Below the pieces are notes generated by a model, which did no database searches, was not told the DNA's origin, and saw only the letters and a program-made list of their open reading frames with translations. Positions 25,422-34,438 of a stretch of 34,438 bases of DNA are shown here, piece after piece; the first letter of the stretch is position 1, and every line of letters starts with the position of its first letter. The stretch comes from a virus (Duplodnaviria; Caudoviricetes): positions 1 through 34,438 of IMG/VR virus record IMGVR_UViG_3300042335_000112; one strand, written 5' to 3'. The position numbers and the translations under genes are program-made.

Positions 25422-25934
25422 TTATGAAAGACCCAGCGAAGTTACAACAGCCGACTGAACTTTCAAAGGCAGGTCGGTTTCTTTATGCAAGAAATTCAAC
25501 ACATGACCTTTGAAGTCGCCAAACGCCTGACCAAAGTTGTGTTCGCTTTGCTGCAACTGAACGCCATAATCAGCACCCAGCAGCCAGTAGTTACCCTCTG
25601 CATCAAGTACAATCAACAGCATACGGTTTTGAGCCAGCAATTTGATTTCATTGCGCTGTGCGGTGGTTACTTTGTGCAAACGGGCGTTCACTTCGGCTTC
25701 GTAAAACACCGTGCCGTTTTCGGTTGACGGAATGGTGCGCCAAGTCATGGCAGTGGTTTCCTTTTCCAACTCGTACTTGAAATAAACTTTGGGGCTGTTC
25801 AGGGTGTGGGCTGAAACCTCACCGCTGCTTTTTGTCAAAGTGGCTTTTGCGCCAAATTCAACAAGGTAAATACTCTTAATGCCTGCGGATTGGGTCTTAC
25901 AGTCTAATGTAAAGCCCGTGGTTAATATACACAT
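25422..25934 (-). CDS. Major tail (tube) protein
   Basis: 'C.LTTGFTLDCK..AGIKSIY', 'ENGTVFY', 'GNYWLLG'; follows MCP. Confidence 0.7.
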   Translation of the reverse strand: MCILTTGFTLDCKTQSAGIKSIYLVEFGAKATLTKSSGEVSAHTLNSPKVYFKYELEKETTAMTWRTIPSTENGTVFYEAEVNARLHKVTTAQRNEIKLLAQNRMLLIVLDAEGNYWLLGADYGVQLQQSEHNFGQAFGDFKGHVLNFLHKETDLPLKVQSAVVTSLGLS

Positions 25935-25954
25935 TTTTCTACTTTTTTTAAATT

Positions 25955-25984
25955 AAAAGGGGGTAGGGTTGTTCCCCACCCCCC
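25955..25984 (-). terminator. Hairpin/terminator after MCP
   Basis: GGGGGTGGGG-loop-CCCTACCCCC followed by TTTT. Confidence 0.7.
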
Positions 25985-26008
25985 GGGTTAAATTTTCTGT
26001 TTCGTTAA

Positions 26009-26971
26009 TTAGAGTTTGAAAAGCACCACTTGTTCTGGGAACGCCACCTGCGTTGCGTATTTCATTGATACTCTGTATCTTACCTCGTCTGAGTCTAAAG
26101 AGTACCACATTTTCCACTCTTCCTCTTCATTCATCATGTCCGTACCGATAAAGAAGTTTGACCAGCGACCTGCAACGATTTGGTTTGTTCCATTCATTCC
26201 GTGCAGCCCGTAGATTTTGATGCCTGAAATAGGGTCAACAATTTCCATTGCAGTTGCTTCAACAGCGTCGTAGTGGAACAAGTTGGCAGACACTAACCAA
26301 GCGCGGTAAGTGCGGTAGGTATCAGTTCCCATTGCGATAAACACATCTTCTTTACCAAGCACGCCGGCAGGGATAAGGCTGTAAATCTTTTCAATGGCTT
26401 CGTCAATGTTTGAAGAAGTAAGCGAAGTCAGTTTAGTCCAGCCACCGCCAGTTGTGGGGTTTCCCTCGATAGGGTCGCCAGCACCGCCAAATCCGAGGTC
26501 GCCAAGGATAGTCAAGAACCCGTCGAAGAAACCAAGGTTGCCAGCACCTCCGGTTGAGTCGCCCTGCCAAATAGCAGTTTCAAGTGCTTCAGAAATCTTA
26601 GCAGCTTTTTCGTTACCAATCTGCTCTTGGAACACGCCAAGGTCTACGGGTGCGCCAGCAGCCAAACCGATTTGAGTGTATTTGGTTTCCAAAGTCTTAG
26701 GACACAAGGTCTCTTCGATTTTGATTTTACCAACGGTCAGGGTTCTCTTGCTGATTGTGGTAGTTCCCGAAGGGCTATATCCACAGCCGTCTGCTTGAAA
26801 GAAAACATCGGAAGTAAGCAAGGGCAGAATTTCTGCACTCTTAATTCCGGGAACAACTTGCCCAGCACCCTGCAACAAAGATGCAGTTTTACCACTGAAC
26901 ATTGATTTTACGAGTAGGTCGGTTTTTACCTCTTTGGTGTAGTCGGTAAGACCTGAAACAACAAATGCCAT
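26009..26971 (-). CDS. Major capsid protein
   Basis: 320 aa after the scaffold; 'LE.AIWQGD...FDGF'. Confidence 0.85.
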   Translation of the reverse strand: MAFVVSGLTDYTKEVKTDLLVKSMFSGKTASLLQGAGQVVPGIKSAEILPLLTSDVFFQADGCGYSPSGTTTISKRTLTVGKIKIEETLCPKTLETKYTQIGLAAGAPVDLGVFQEQIGNEKAAKISEALETAIWQGDSTGGAGNLGFFDGFLTILGDLGFGGAGDPIEGNPTTGGGWTKLTSLTSSNIDEAIEKIYSLIPAGVLGKEDVFIAMGTDTYRTYRAWLVSANLFHYDAVEATAMEIVDPISGIKIYGLHGMNGTNQIVAGRWSNFFIGTDMMNEEEEWKMWYSLDSDEVRYRVSMKYATQVAFPEQVVLFKL

Positions 26972-26977
26972 TTTATT

Positions 26978-27535
26978 TTATTTTTTAAGGTTTTTGAATG
27001 AGGATGCGAATGCTTTAATTGCGCTGTCTTTTTCGGTTTTCTTGTGGCCGAACTGAGGTGCAGCAGGCTCGGGGGTTTGGTTTGCGAACTTTTCGAACAC
27101 GCTGAAAGTTTCTTCAACTTTGCCCAGCATAGCAATCAGGTTCTTTTCGATGCTGCTGAGTCTGTCTTCAACACTTGTGCGGTAGGCTTCGAACACTTCA
27201 AGGCTTGCAAATTGTGCGGCTGCCTCTTCTTCGACTTCCATTTCTTTGATTTCGATTTCGGTAATGATACCACCCTCGGTTGAAATCAACTGCCCGTCAG
27301 TAGTTTCGTGTGTTCCGTCAGGCGCAGGTACTTCGCCCTCGGGGCTGATAACCATAAGTGCGCCACCGATTGCGGGTGCATCGCCTTCAAATGATACGAT
27401 TGTGCCGTCAACCAAAGTGGCTTCGCCAAATGCTTTTGGTTCTGCCGCTGGTTCTGCGTTAAAGCGCATTTTCAATTCTTCTGTCAATGCCGAAAAGCTG
27501 GTTTTCAATTCGGCCAGTTCTTTTGTGAAGTTCAT
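26978..27535 (-). CDS. Scaffold protein
   Basis: Acidic coiled-coil; 'PAPDGTHETTDG'; between protease and MCP. Confidence 0.7.
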   Translation of the reverse strand: MNFTKELAELKTSFSALTEELKMRFNAEPAAEPKAFGEATLVDGTIVSFEGDAPAIGGALMVISPEGEVPAPDGTHETTDGQLISTEGGIITEIEIKEMEVEEEAAAQFASLEVFEAYRTSVEDRLSSIEKNLIAMLGKVEETFSVFEKFANQTPEPAAPQFGHKKTEKDSAIKAFASSFKNLKK

Positions 27536-28275
27536 TTCTTGTAAATATTATTGTTTGTAAATTGGTGCAAAATTTTACTTAGTTCAGATGCCATTGCCCT
27601 GAGTTCGGCAGCGACTGAGCCTTCATATTCGACATTGAAAAGCCCTTCCACTGAAAAACCCTTCCACTCCCCTGCCTTTACTTTTCCCCACACTTCTTCA
27701 TTGTCCACTAAATAGGTAACGAACATTGATCCGTCCTCTGCATCTTCAAAACCAACCGGAGGATTTACGCCCCTTGCCCGGTCAATGAAGTACATCTCTA
27801 TCATGTAAACCCCCTCATTTACGGGTGTGGCATGGTCAGTGTTGACTGCATTGTACATGGCTTTGCGTGCCATTTTCTTTGCAATCGTCCAAATGGTTTC
27901 CGCATCGAAAACGACATAATACTCACCCCTTGCATCGTCGAACCGATAAATGGGTTTGTTGGCCAACATTGCCGGACCAGTGATTATGCGCTTTTCTTCT
28001 GATTGAATGCTGAACTTGCGCTGTTCTTTCATGCTTTTGCTTTCCCATTTTTGATAACATACAGCAGCCGCTTGTTCTTGTTCCATTCCTTCGCCTATCA
28101 TGTACGGAACGCAACGCCCGATAAATTCATCTTCACTTTCCTTTGCGCCCGGCTCAACAAATTCCTGAAACAAGAGAAAGTCTTTTTTTATAGCAGGTTT
28201 GTCAACTAACGAAACGAACTCCACGCCCGTGTCGTCATCTTCATTGACTACTATTTTGTACAATGGTAACTCCAT
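27532..28275 (-). CDS. Prohead protease (XkdF-like)
   Basis: 'VSLVDKPAI', 'ITGPAMLANKPIYR', 'GFSVEG'. Confidence 0.8.
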   Translation of the reverse strand: MELPLYKIVVNEDDDTGVEFVSLVDKPAIKKDFLLFQEFVEPGAKESEDEFIGRCVPYMIGEGMEQEQAAAVCYQKWESKSMKEQRKFSIQSEEKRIITGPAMLANKPIYRFDDARGEYYVVFDAETIWTIAKKMARKAMYNAVNTDHATPVNEGVYMIEMYFIDRARGVNPPVGFEDAEDGSMFVTYLVDNEEVWGKVKAGEWKGFSVEGLFNVEYEGSVAAELRAMASELSKILHQFTNNNIYKK

Positions 28276-28292
28276 GCCCTTAAATGTACTTA

Positions 28293-30449
28293 TCAGACAA
28301 CCGATACATTTCGCACCCTGCGAACCCTTGTTTGGGTTTTGGTAATGTCGCCTTCGAGAACATAAACACGCCCCATTCCGGCAAATCCACCGGGCTGCTC
28401 CATATCCGGCAAAATACCCCCGGTTACTGGTGTAGTGTTTGGTGCGGAAGGATTGTTTCCACCGCCTCCACCTGCCGGGGCGTTTCGGCTTTCAAACTTT
28501 GTCTGCTCAATTTTGCGAACCCGTGCAATACCCGATGCAATGGCCAACGCTGCTGCAATAGCACCGCGAATTGGTGAAGTAGGGTCGCCCGGTATAATTT
28601 GAGAATTAAATGCAGACTGAGCTGATGCAATGGTTTCCACTATTGCCTGAGCAATAGACGCTTTCTTTCTTATTTCAAACGCCTTTTTTTGCTGCTCTTC
28701 GGATTTACCTGCAAATGCGTCCGCGAGTTCAGCAATCGCTGCAAAACCCTGCGCTGTCCAAGCCAGTTGCTGCTGTTCTGCTGCCCGTTTATCGGCTAAA
28801 TCTTTGTCGCGTATTTCTTTTTTCTTTGCCGCAAGTGCTGCCTCCGCTGCTATTGCCTCTGCTGAATTTTCACCATTTATAGCGCGCATTGCCTCCAAAT
28901 TGGTTTGCAGCCTTTCAAGTTCTAAGTTGTTGAACTCTTCTTGCGTTGCGCCATTTTGAAGAAGTTGCAATTCCTGATATTTGTAGTAATCTTCATTTGC
29001 TTTTAAAAGGCTGTCTTGCTGCGACTTTTGAAATTCCTTTAATTTCTTTTGGTGTTCTTCTTCTCTTTTCAGTGCCTCCGCTTTGGCCTTTTCGTCCGCA
29101 TCTTTGAGTTTTTGCAGGTGTTCTTCGCGTATCTTTTCAAGTGCCGCATCACGCTGCATTGCGATTTCTAATTCGCTGAAACCTTGTTTGCGTAGGTTTG
29201 CCACCGTTGTTTGAAATGCAGCATCGGCAGCGGCAACTTTCTTTTCAATTGTTGACTGGTCAAGACCGAGCATAGTGGCCTGCCGTTCCAATGCCTTTTG
29301 TTTTTCTTCTTCTGCCCGTTGTGCCCCCTCTTGTGCAGCCTGCTGGTCTGCTTGTTTTATGGCAAGTATTAACCCGTCTCTTTTGCTTACAAGTTCTGCG
29401 CCCGTTTTTTCTGCTGCCTTTACCGCCTTGTCGCCCTCTTTGGCAACTTCATCAGGATTGAAAATAAATTTAGCCCCGATTTCGCTGCCCTTTTCAATCA
29501 TTTTGTCGATTTCTTCATTGAAACTGAATGCGGTTATTTTGCCAAATCCAAGCGTTTCCGATACGGCATTGGCAGTCTTAATCAATAAGTCAAGTGGAGT
29601 AACCAAAAGGCGCACACCTGCTGCTGCAACTTCAAGTGCAAAGCGAATTGCACCCTTTGCGAATTCCTTATTTCTTTTGGCAGCGGCTACCTCTAAATCA
29701 CGAGTAGTTTTGGCATTGGCAATTACAACCTTTTGCTTTTCAATTTCCGTGTTTATCTGGTCAATTTTCAGTTTCTGAATATCGCGTTCCGATTTGCCTT
29801 GTAATTTTAAGGTGTTTTCGGATAGTTCAAGAAGTTCCGTTTTTTGCTTTTCGGCCTCAACATTTTCAGTGGCCTTTTTATTCAGTTTTTCTTGCTCTGC
29901 TGTAACCCCACCTATCGCGCCTTTAATGTCGTCCCAATATGCGGCAACCGTACCGAGTGCCACCAAGAGCAATCCTATACCCGTGGCAGCGATTGCGCCT
30001 TTAATCCCTTTAAAACCTGCAACCGTTTCTTTGACAAAGCCCTTCATGCCCTTTGTCATGTCGATAACGCCCTGCACCCCTTCGGCAAATGCGGATGCCG
30101 CTTGTACTTTTGCCAATGCCTTTTGTGCGGTTTCGCTTTCAATACCAAACAACTGCATTGCACCCGTTGCCCCTTGTATGCCTCGCGCAATGCCTACGCC
30201 TATATTTGCAAGAACTTGAAATTTGTCTGGGTTTAAACCTTGTACCCGGATTTGAAAGTCCTCCATTTGGTCTTTCAGTTCGGCCACCCGTTTTGTGGCA
30301 TTCTGCGCCTCGGGTGAAAATTCACCAAACTTTTGAGCGAGTGCAACCGCTTCCTGAGTTGCCTCTCTTATTTGGGCTTTTAATGATTTGACGCTTTCAG
30401 TTCCTTTGGTTTGCGCCTGCAAGTCTATTGCTACCGTTGTTTTTGCCAT
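28293..30449 (-). CDS. Tape measure protein
   Basis: 718 aa, A/E/K-rich helical; 'AIAATGIGLLLVALG'; 'RVYVLEGDIT..Q' C-terminus. Confidence 0.85.
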   Translation of the reverse strand: MAKTTVAIDLQAQTKGTESVKSLKAQIREATQEAVALAQKFGEFSPEAQNATKRVAELKDQMEDFQIRVQGLNPDKFQVLANIGVGIARGIQGATGAMQLFGIESETAQKALAKVQAASAFAEGVQGVIDMTKGMKGFVKETVAGFKGIKGAIAATGIGLLLVALGTVAAYWDDIKGAIGGVTAEQEKLNKKATENVEAEKQKTELLELSENTLKLQGKSERDIQKLKIDQINTEIEKQKVVIANAKTTRDLEVAAAKRNKEFAKGAIRFALEVAAAGVRLLVTPLDLLIKTANAVSETLGFGKITAFSFNEEIDKMIEKGSEIGAKFIFNPDEVAKEGDKAVKAAEKTGAELVSKRDGLILAIKQADQQAAQEGAQRAEEEKQKALERQATMLGLDQSTIEKKVAAADAAFQTTVANLRKQGFSELEIAMQRDAALEKIREEHLQKLKDADEKAKAEALKREEEHQKKLKEFQKSQQDSLLKANEDYYKYQELQLLQNGATQEEFNNLELERLQTNLEAMRAINGENSAEAIAAEAALAAKKKEIRDKDLADKRAAEQQQLAWTAQGFAAIAELADAFAGKSEEQQKKAFEIRKKASIAQAIVETIASAQSAFNSQIIPGDPTSPIRGAIAAALAIASGIARVRKIEQTKFESRNAPAGGGGGNNPSAPNTTPVTGGILPDMEQPGGFAGMGRVYVLEGDITKTQTRVRRVRNVSVV

Positions 30450-30450
30450 T

Positions 30451-33213
30451 TTATTTGTTTGTTAATGCGTACCATTCCGTTCCGTCGCACACAAGGCAAG
30501 CCGTTCCGTAGTGGTTATTGATTGTGTAATTAGCAGCCCCGTCGATTAGTTCGTCTGCGTATGCGTCAATGGTGAGTGTACCCTGCGCACCTTTTTTTAC
30601 AACCCAATATAATTTGCCCTCTGCCGTCGATGCTTCTGGAAGTGTCAATGTATGGTTGCCTGTTCCAAGCGAAATAATTATATCGTCATGCAATGCCAGT
30701 GTGTAATTGCCTGCTGGGAAAGCAAAACGATTTGTGCCAAAATTGTTTGGTGTTATCTGCTGCCCTTGTATCCACACCTCATTACATCCCACTGGTTCGG
30801 CTGGGGCTTCACCAATCACTATGCTATCATCACATAGAAAAGTAACTCCGCTGGTGGCAAATGCCGCATTCCGCAGTCCTAAATTCGTGATTGCATTGCC
30901 TACGCCTATGCCGTCCCCTACGCTATTATACTCCCCAATGCTTACGCCTTTTTGCTCAATGACCTTGCCATTGGTTCTGCCGCCACCGGGATTGTATTCC
31001 GTTTCTTCACCAGTGCCTTGTTCACCGCCACCGCCTACGCTGCCCGTGGTTGCCGTAAAAGTCTGTCCAGTTTTTAAGAACAAAAACTCGCAAATGTTTA
31101 CCGAGGGGTTTATCGGGTCATAATCTTCTACCTTGTTCAGTCTGAAATAATTGCCGTCGAAGAAATACAAGTCCCGGAATGACAATTTTTCCATATCTGC
31201 CGGGGTTAGGTGAAAATGACCGCGAACTATTTTGCTATCCTTGTCGGTTATCTCCTGAATGTACTTGCTCCAATACTTATTGTAAAGGTTATTATTGGTT
31301 ACAGCCGTACCCGGTTTTAAGCCAATCATGCGAGGCATTCCAAAATTGATGTCCACCGTTGATGAATTAGGGTCGTCTAAGTGCGACATAAACGGGTAGA
31401 TTTGTTTTACATTTATCGTTGGCGTTCCACTCGCAGCAGGTGAGCCGTTAATAACCCGGTAAACATTACACGCAATCGCATCGTATTGCAATATCCTTAA
31501 CTTGCCACCCTTTTGTTCTTGGCTGTTGGTTTCAATCGAAGGCAAGTATTTATCCGTTTCAATTTCGGGTTTAATTATTTGAGTTGGCGCAAACCCGATT
31601 TCAATGCGTTTTTCGTCCTTTACAAAGTCATTTTCTACAATCACATTGCGGTCGCCATAAGTACGCCCGTAATCTTCGCGATAGTATTTGTTCTGTTCAT
31701 CGTCGCCTTCTGCATAGGTAAATACATAACGCCCTGCATCGAGGTCGCCCATAGGAATAATCTCCATAGGCTGCAACAAATCGCGCTTCATTGTCCAATC
31801 GCGTACCGTGCTTGTGTAGAAATCTTCACGGGGTAAAACAACAACTGAATAGGCTTTTGCTGGGTCGGGTTCGCAATACAAATTGAACATCGTAAAAACC
31901 CACCGCATAAACTCACGCTGCTTGGTTTCAGTTCCCGTAAAAAACCCGGTGAAGTCCATTTGGTCGCCATACCCGTAATTCCCCTCTACAATCACATTGT
32001 AAAAACTTGTTGTGCTGTTTAGGGTTATACTCGCCCCGGTCAAAGTTGCGCCTGGTGAAATGCCACCCGAACCCGACATAATTCTGTCAAACTCTACCTC
32101 CACATAGTCATTCAAAAACAATCGGAAGTTTTCAAGTTTTATGACTTGGTCAAGAGTTGCCTCACCCAGCCCGTTTGATTTTAGCAATATGCTGCGCCTA
32201 AACCTTCGCCCGTTGACATTGAACATCAGGAACAAATAATCTTCTGAGTTCGCATTAAGCCCCTGAGCCGTTCCTTTTAAATCCACATAGAAATCATACA
32301 CTTGATTTTGGAAGGCGTTTGTAAATCGTGAATTTGTGGTGTTATATTGGTTTGAAGGGTCGGTTAATTCATTGCCAAAATTGATGCGAGGCGGTGAGGT
32401 GTTTATATTGTAAGTTGCCGAACTGCTTGGGCTGGCTTCAAACTGCCTGAGTGTAACCTGCGCCTCTGATAAAATCGGGTTCTTTGTCGGGCAGGGTACG
32501 ACCAATCTCTTGAATAAATCAGTATTAAAAAACGAACCGCTGCTATATGTGTAACCTGCGCCACTGAATATCTTGTCAACAACCTGCTTTGCGTACACAT
32601 ACGGGGTCATGTTATCCGTGTATAAATTGTCATAATTGGCGTATGTGCCATTATCTATCCACCCATAGACATAACCCTCACCAATCGGTTTACCACCACT
32701 GAAATTGACATATCCACTACTGCCATTTTTTACAATCGAAGTGTCCCAACTATTAAAAATGTTGGTGCTGTTTATCGTGTGGTTATACTCACTAAAATCA
32801 AGTTCGGACATTCTCTTGTCCGCAATCTTTGCAAACAAGTCTGCCAACTGCCCGTGCAATGTACACTCATATTGAATTTCGTGGCGGTCGGTTACATTGA
32901 TATTCAGCAGCCGTATAAAGCCCTCTATTTGCGTAACCTCGTCCACATACAGCGATGCACTGGCTTTCAGGTTTGGGTTGAAATCCGGGTTGAAATTCGT
33001 TGCTGTGGTGTTGCGGATTGACAAATTGAGGTCAAACAAATGACTGAACAATTTATTGTTCCGCTTCGTGCCGGGCAGCGTGAATGTCTTGCTCCAATCT
33101 GATGACCTGCTTTCAGGTTCGCGGATGTCTGCAATGGACTTGTTAATCAATATCCCGAAGTCAGTCGGCAAGTCCACTATCTGATTGCCGCACACCAGCC
33201 TTACATTGTTCAT
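30451..33213 (-). CDS. Large tail tip/baseplate hub protein
   Basis: 920 aa; 'IADIREP..RSSDWSKTFTLPGT..NN'. Confidence 0.75.
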   Translation of the reverse strand: MNNVRLVCGNQIVDLPTDFGILINKSIADIREPESRSSDWSKTFTLPGTKRNNKLFSHLFDLNLSIRNTTATNFNPDFNPNLKASASLYVDEVTQIEGFIRLLNINVTDRHEIQYECTLHGQLADLFAKIADKRMSELDFSEYNHTINSTNIFNSWDTSIVKNGSSGYVNFSGGKPIGEGYVYGWIDNGTYANYDNLYTDNMTPYVYAKQVVDKIFSGAGYTYSSGSFFNTDLFKRLVVPCPTKNPILSEAQVTLRQFEASPSSSATYNINTSPPRINFGNELTDPSNQYNTTNSRFTNAFQNQVYDFYVDLKGTAQGLNANSEDYLFLMFNVNGRRFRRSILLKSNGLGEATLDQVIKLENFRLFLNDYVEVEFDRIMSGSGGISPGATLTGASITLNSTTSFYNVIVEGNYGYGDQMDFTGFFTGTETKQREFMRWVFTMFNLYCEPDPAKAYSVVVLPREDFYTSTVRDWTMKRDLLQPMEIIPMGDLDAGRYVFTYAEGDDEQNKYYREDYGRTYGDRNVIVENDFVKDEKRIEIGFAPTQIIKPEIETDKYLPSIETNSQEQKGGKLRILQYDAIACNVYRVINGSPAASGTPTINVKQIYPFMSHLDDPNSSTVDINFGMPRMIGLKPGTAVTNNNLYNKYWSKYIQEITDKDSKIVRGHFHLTPADMEKLSFRDLYFFDGNYFRLNKVEDYDPINPSVNICEFLFLKTGQTFTATTGSVGGGGEQGTGEETEYNPGGGRTNGKVIEQKGVSIGEYNSVGDGIGVGNAITNLGLRNAAFATSGVTFLCDDSIVIGEAPAEPVGCNEVWIQGQQITPNNFGTNRFAFPAGNYTLALHDDIIISLGTGNHTLTLPEASTAEGKLYWVVKKGAQGTLTIDAYADELIDGAANYTINNHYGTACLVCDGTEWYALTNK

Positions 33214-34403
33214 ATATTTTGCAGGATTTCGGGTTCGGTGTATTCAACTTCAATTCTGAGTTGTTGTGGCCCGTCATTCAAATCAAACACTTCCATTGAG
33301 GTGTTGGTGATGTTCACGGGTATAGTGCCGTCTAAATAGACAATAGGGCTGCTGAGTAGGTCGTCCACCCATTGCCACTCAGTTGCATTCAGGAAGTCCG
33401 TGTTTAGGATTACTTTCCGCGTTTTGGTGGTCGAGTAGTTTGCGATGCCGTGGGCTGCGGTGTCGCGTCCGTAGACTGTCCCGGTAAAGTCATAGGTATT
33501 GCGTTTTAATTGCTTTCGTTGTACTTCAAATGTGTCGCGGTTCAGCATACCACATCGCAGTGTTTCAAAGCCGCCAAGGCGATTGAGAAAATACAATACC
33601 CTTGGGGTGTACTTAGAGCACTCCTCAATCACATCAAACCGATAGGCCTCACTGCACGGGTCATTCCCGATACTTTGTTTCAGCTGTATTGTATAATAGA
33701 CAGTACCGACCGGAACAACCGAACCTGCCGTGCCACTGATTAAAGATGCCGCGGATATTTGGTTGAGGTTTACAACCCCGGCTGCCATGCGGAGTAGATA
33801 TTCGTCCTTTGCCGTGGTGTTGAAAGTCTGGTCAATTACTGATGTGGTGGCAACCCCTGCCGCATTGTAGGCTTTCACTTCCACTTCATCTACTCCGGTG
33901 GCCGCACCCCTGAGAAAATAAAGGTAGTCATACTGCGCCCGTGTAACCCTGCGGCTGCGAACCGTGGTTAAAAACTTTCTGCTGCTGGGGATTGCTATTT
34001 CGTAATCACTAACGGCTTCACTTTCCCATTTTGAAAATAACCCGTTCCAAGTGTATTTACCCGTGTCGCTGGTCAGGTTCAGATATTCTGCGCCCCCATA
34101 TTCTTCGCCAAACTCAACTGAGTAGGCAAGGAATGAGTTGCTGCATTTGGCCGGGATTGTAGTCGCCTGATTGAAGTCAAAGGTTACATAATTTTGCAAT
34201 ATCCGGGAAAGGTTAAACACCCCGTATGAAGTGCCAGTGTAAACCGGGGCTTTGAGTTTGGCAAGGATAGTGCCAGTCGCATTTTTTACAACGGCCACGA
34301 ATTTAAAATTGGTCTGCCCTGAGTTGTTGCTGCTCAGTGTGTAAGTGATGTCGGAATAAACGGGGGTGATGTCGCCCGGTTCGTTTTCAATGGTAATCGC
34401 CAC
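33210..34403 (-). CDS. Distal tail-like structural protein
   Basis: 397 aa; 'FLNRLGGFE', 'LNTDFL...DLLSSP.VY'. Confidence 0.7.
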   Translation of the reverse strand: MAITIENEPGDITPVYSDITYTLSSNNSGQTNFKFVAVVKNATGTILAKLKAPVYTGTSYGVFNLSRILQNYVTFDFNQATTIPAKCSNSFLAYSVEFGEEYGGAEYLNLTSDTGKYTWNGLFSKWESEAVSDYEIAIPSSRKFLTTVRSRRVTRAQYDYLYFLRGAATGVDEVEVKAYNAAGVATTSVIDQTFNTTAKDEYLLRMAAGVVNLNQISAASLISGTAGSVVPVGTVYYTIQLKQSIGNDPCSEAYRFDVIEECSKYTPRVLYFLNRLGGFETLRCGMLNRDTFEVQRKQLKRNTYDFTGTVYGRDTAAHGIANYSTTKTRKVILNTDFLNATEWQWVDDLLSSPIVYLDGTIPVNITNTSMEVFDLNDGPQQLRIEVEYTEPEILQNI

Positions 34404-34438
34404 GCCTTAAAATGTACCCAGTGGCTTTTCGGTGTAAG
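34219..34438. repeat. Second copy of the terminal repeat
   Basis: Matches 1-220. Confidence 0.95.

Noticed and set aside
29275-30391. Long plus-strand ORFs opposite TMP
   Set aside because: Antisense shadows with low-complexity S/A/F-rich translations and no motifs

Overview
Apparently complete, circularly assembled genome (~34.2 kb, 220-bp terminal overlap) of a tailed siphovirus-like phage. The host is most likely a Bacteroidota member, judged from TTG-N19/20-TAnnTTTG promoters and the protein families. No integrase or clear repressor was seen. The minus-strand arm running left from ~8540 encodes an HNH protein, a sigma-like factor, two glycosyltransferases, a SAM methyltransferase, a ParB-DNA MTase, the terminase subunits, a frameshifted tail chaperone and tail proteins, and continues through the junction into TMP, protease, scaffold, MCP, tail tube, portal, tail fibre and lysis genes. 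The plus-strand arm (8629-18002) holds an RMF-like protein, a replication initiator with iterons, a primase-helicase, two DNA MTases, SSB-like and Sak/Rad52-like proteins, micro-genes and a phosphoesterase. Most notable: (1) a tRNA-shaped RNA whose anticodon loop is replaced by a 49-nt structured insert; (2) a stand-alone ~69-nt sRNA with its own promoter and terminator; (3) a recurrent GGTACATTTA motif 5-7 nt before late start codons, alongside a phage sigma-like gene; (4) a two-frame (M.EcoHK31I-type) C5 methyltransferase; (5) repeat-bounded, shuffled micro-genes; (6) a pseudoknot/terminator leader before the replication genes. All calls are by eye, without database searches.
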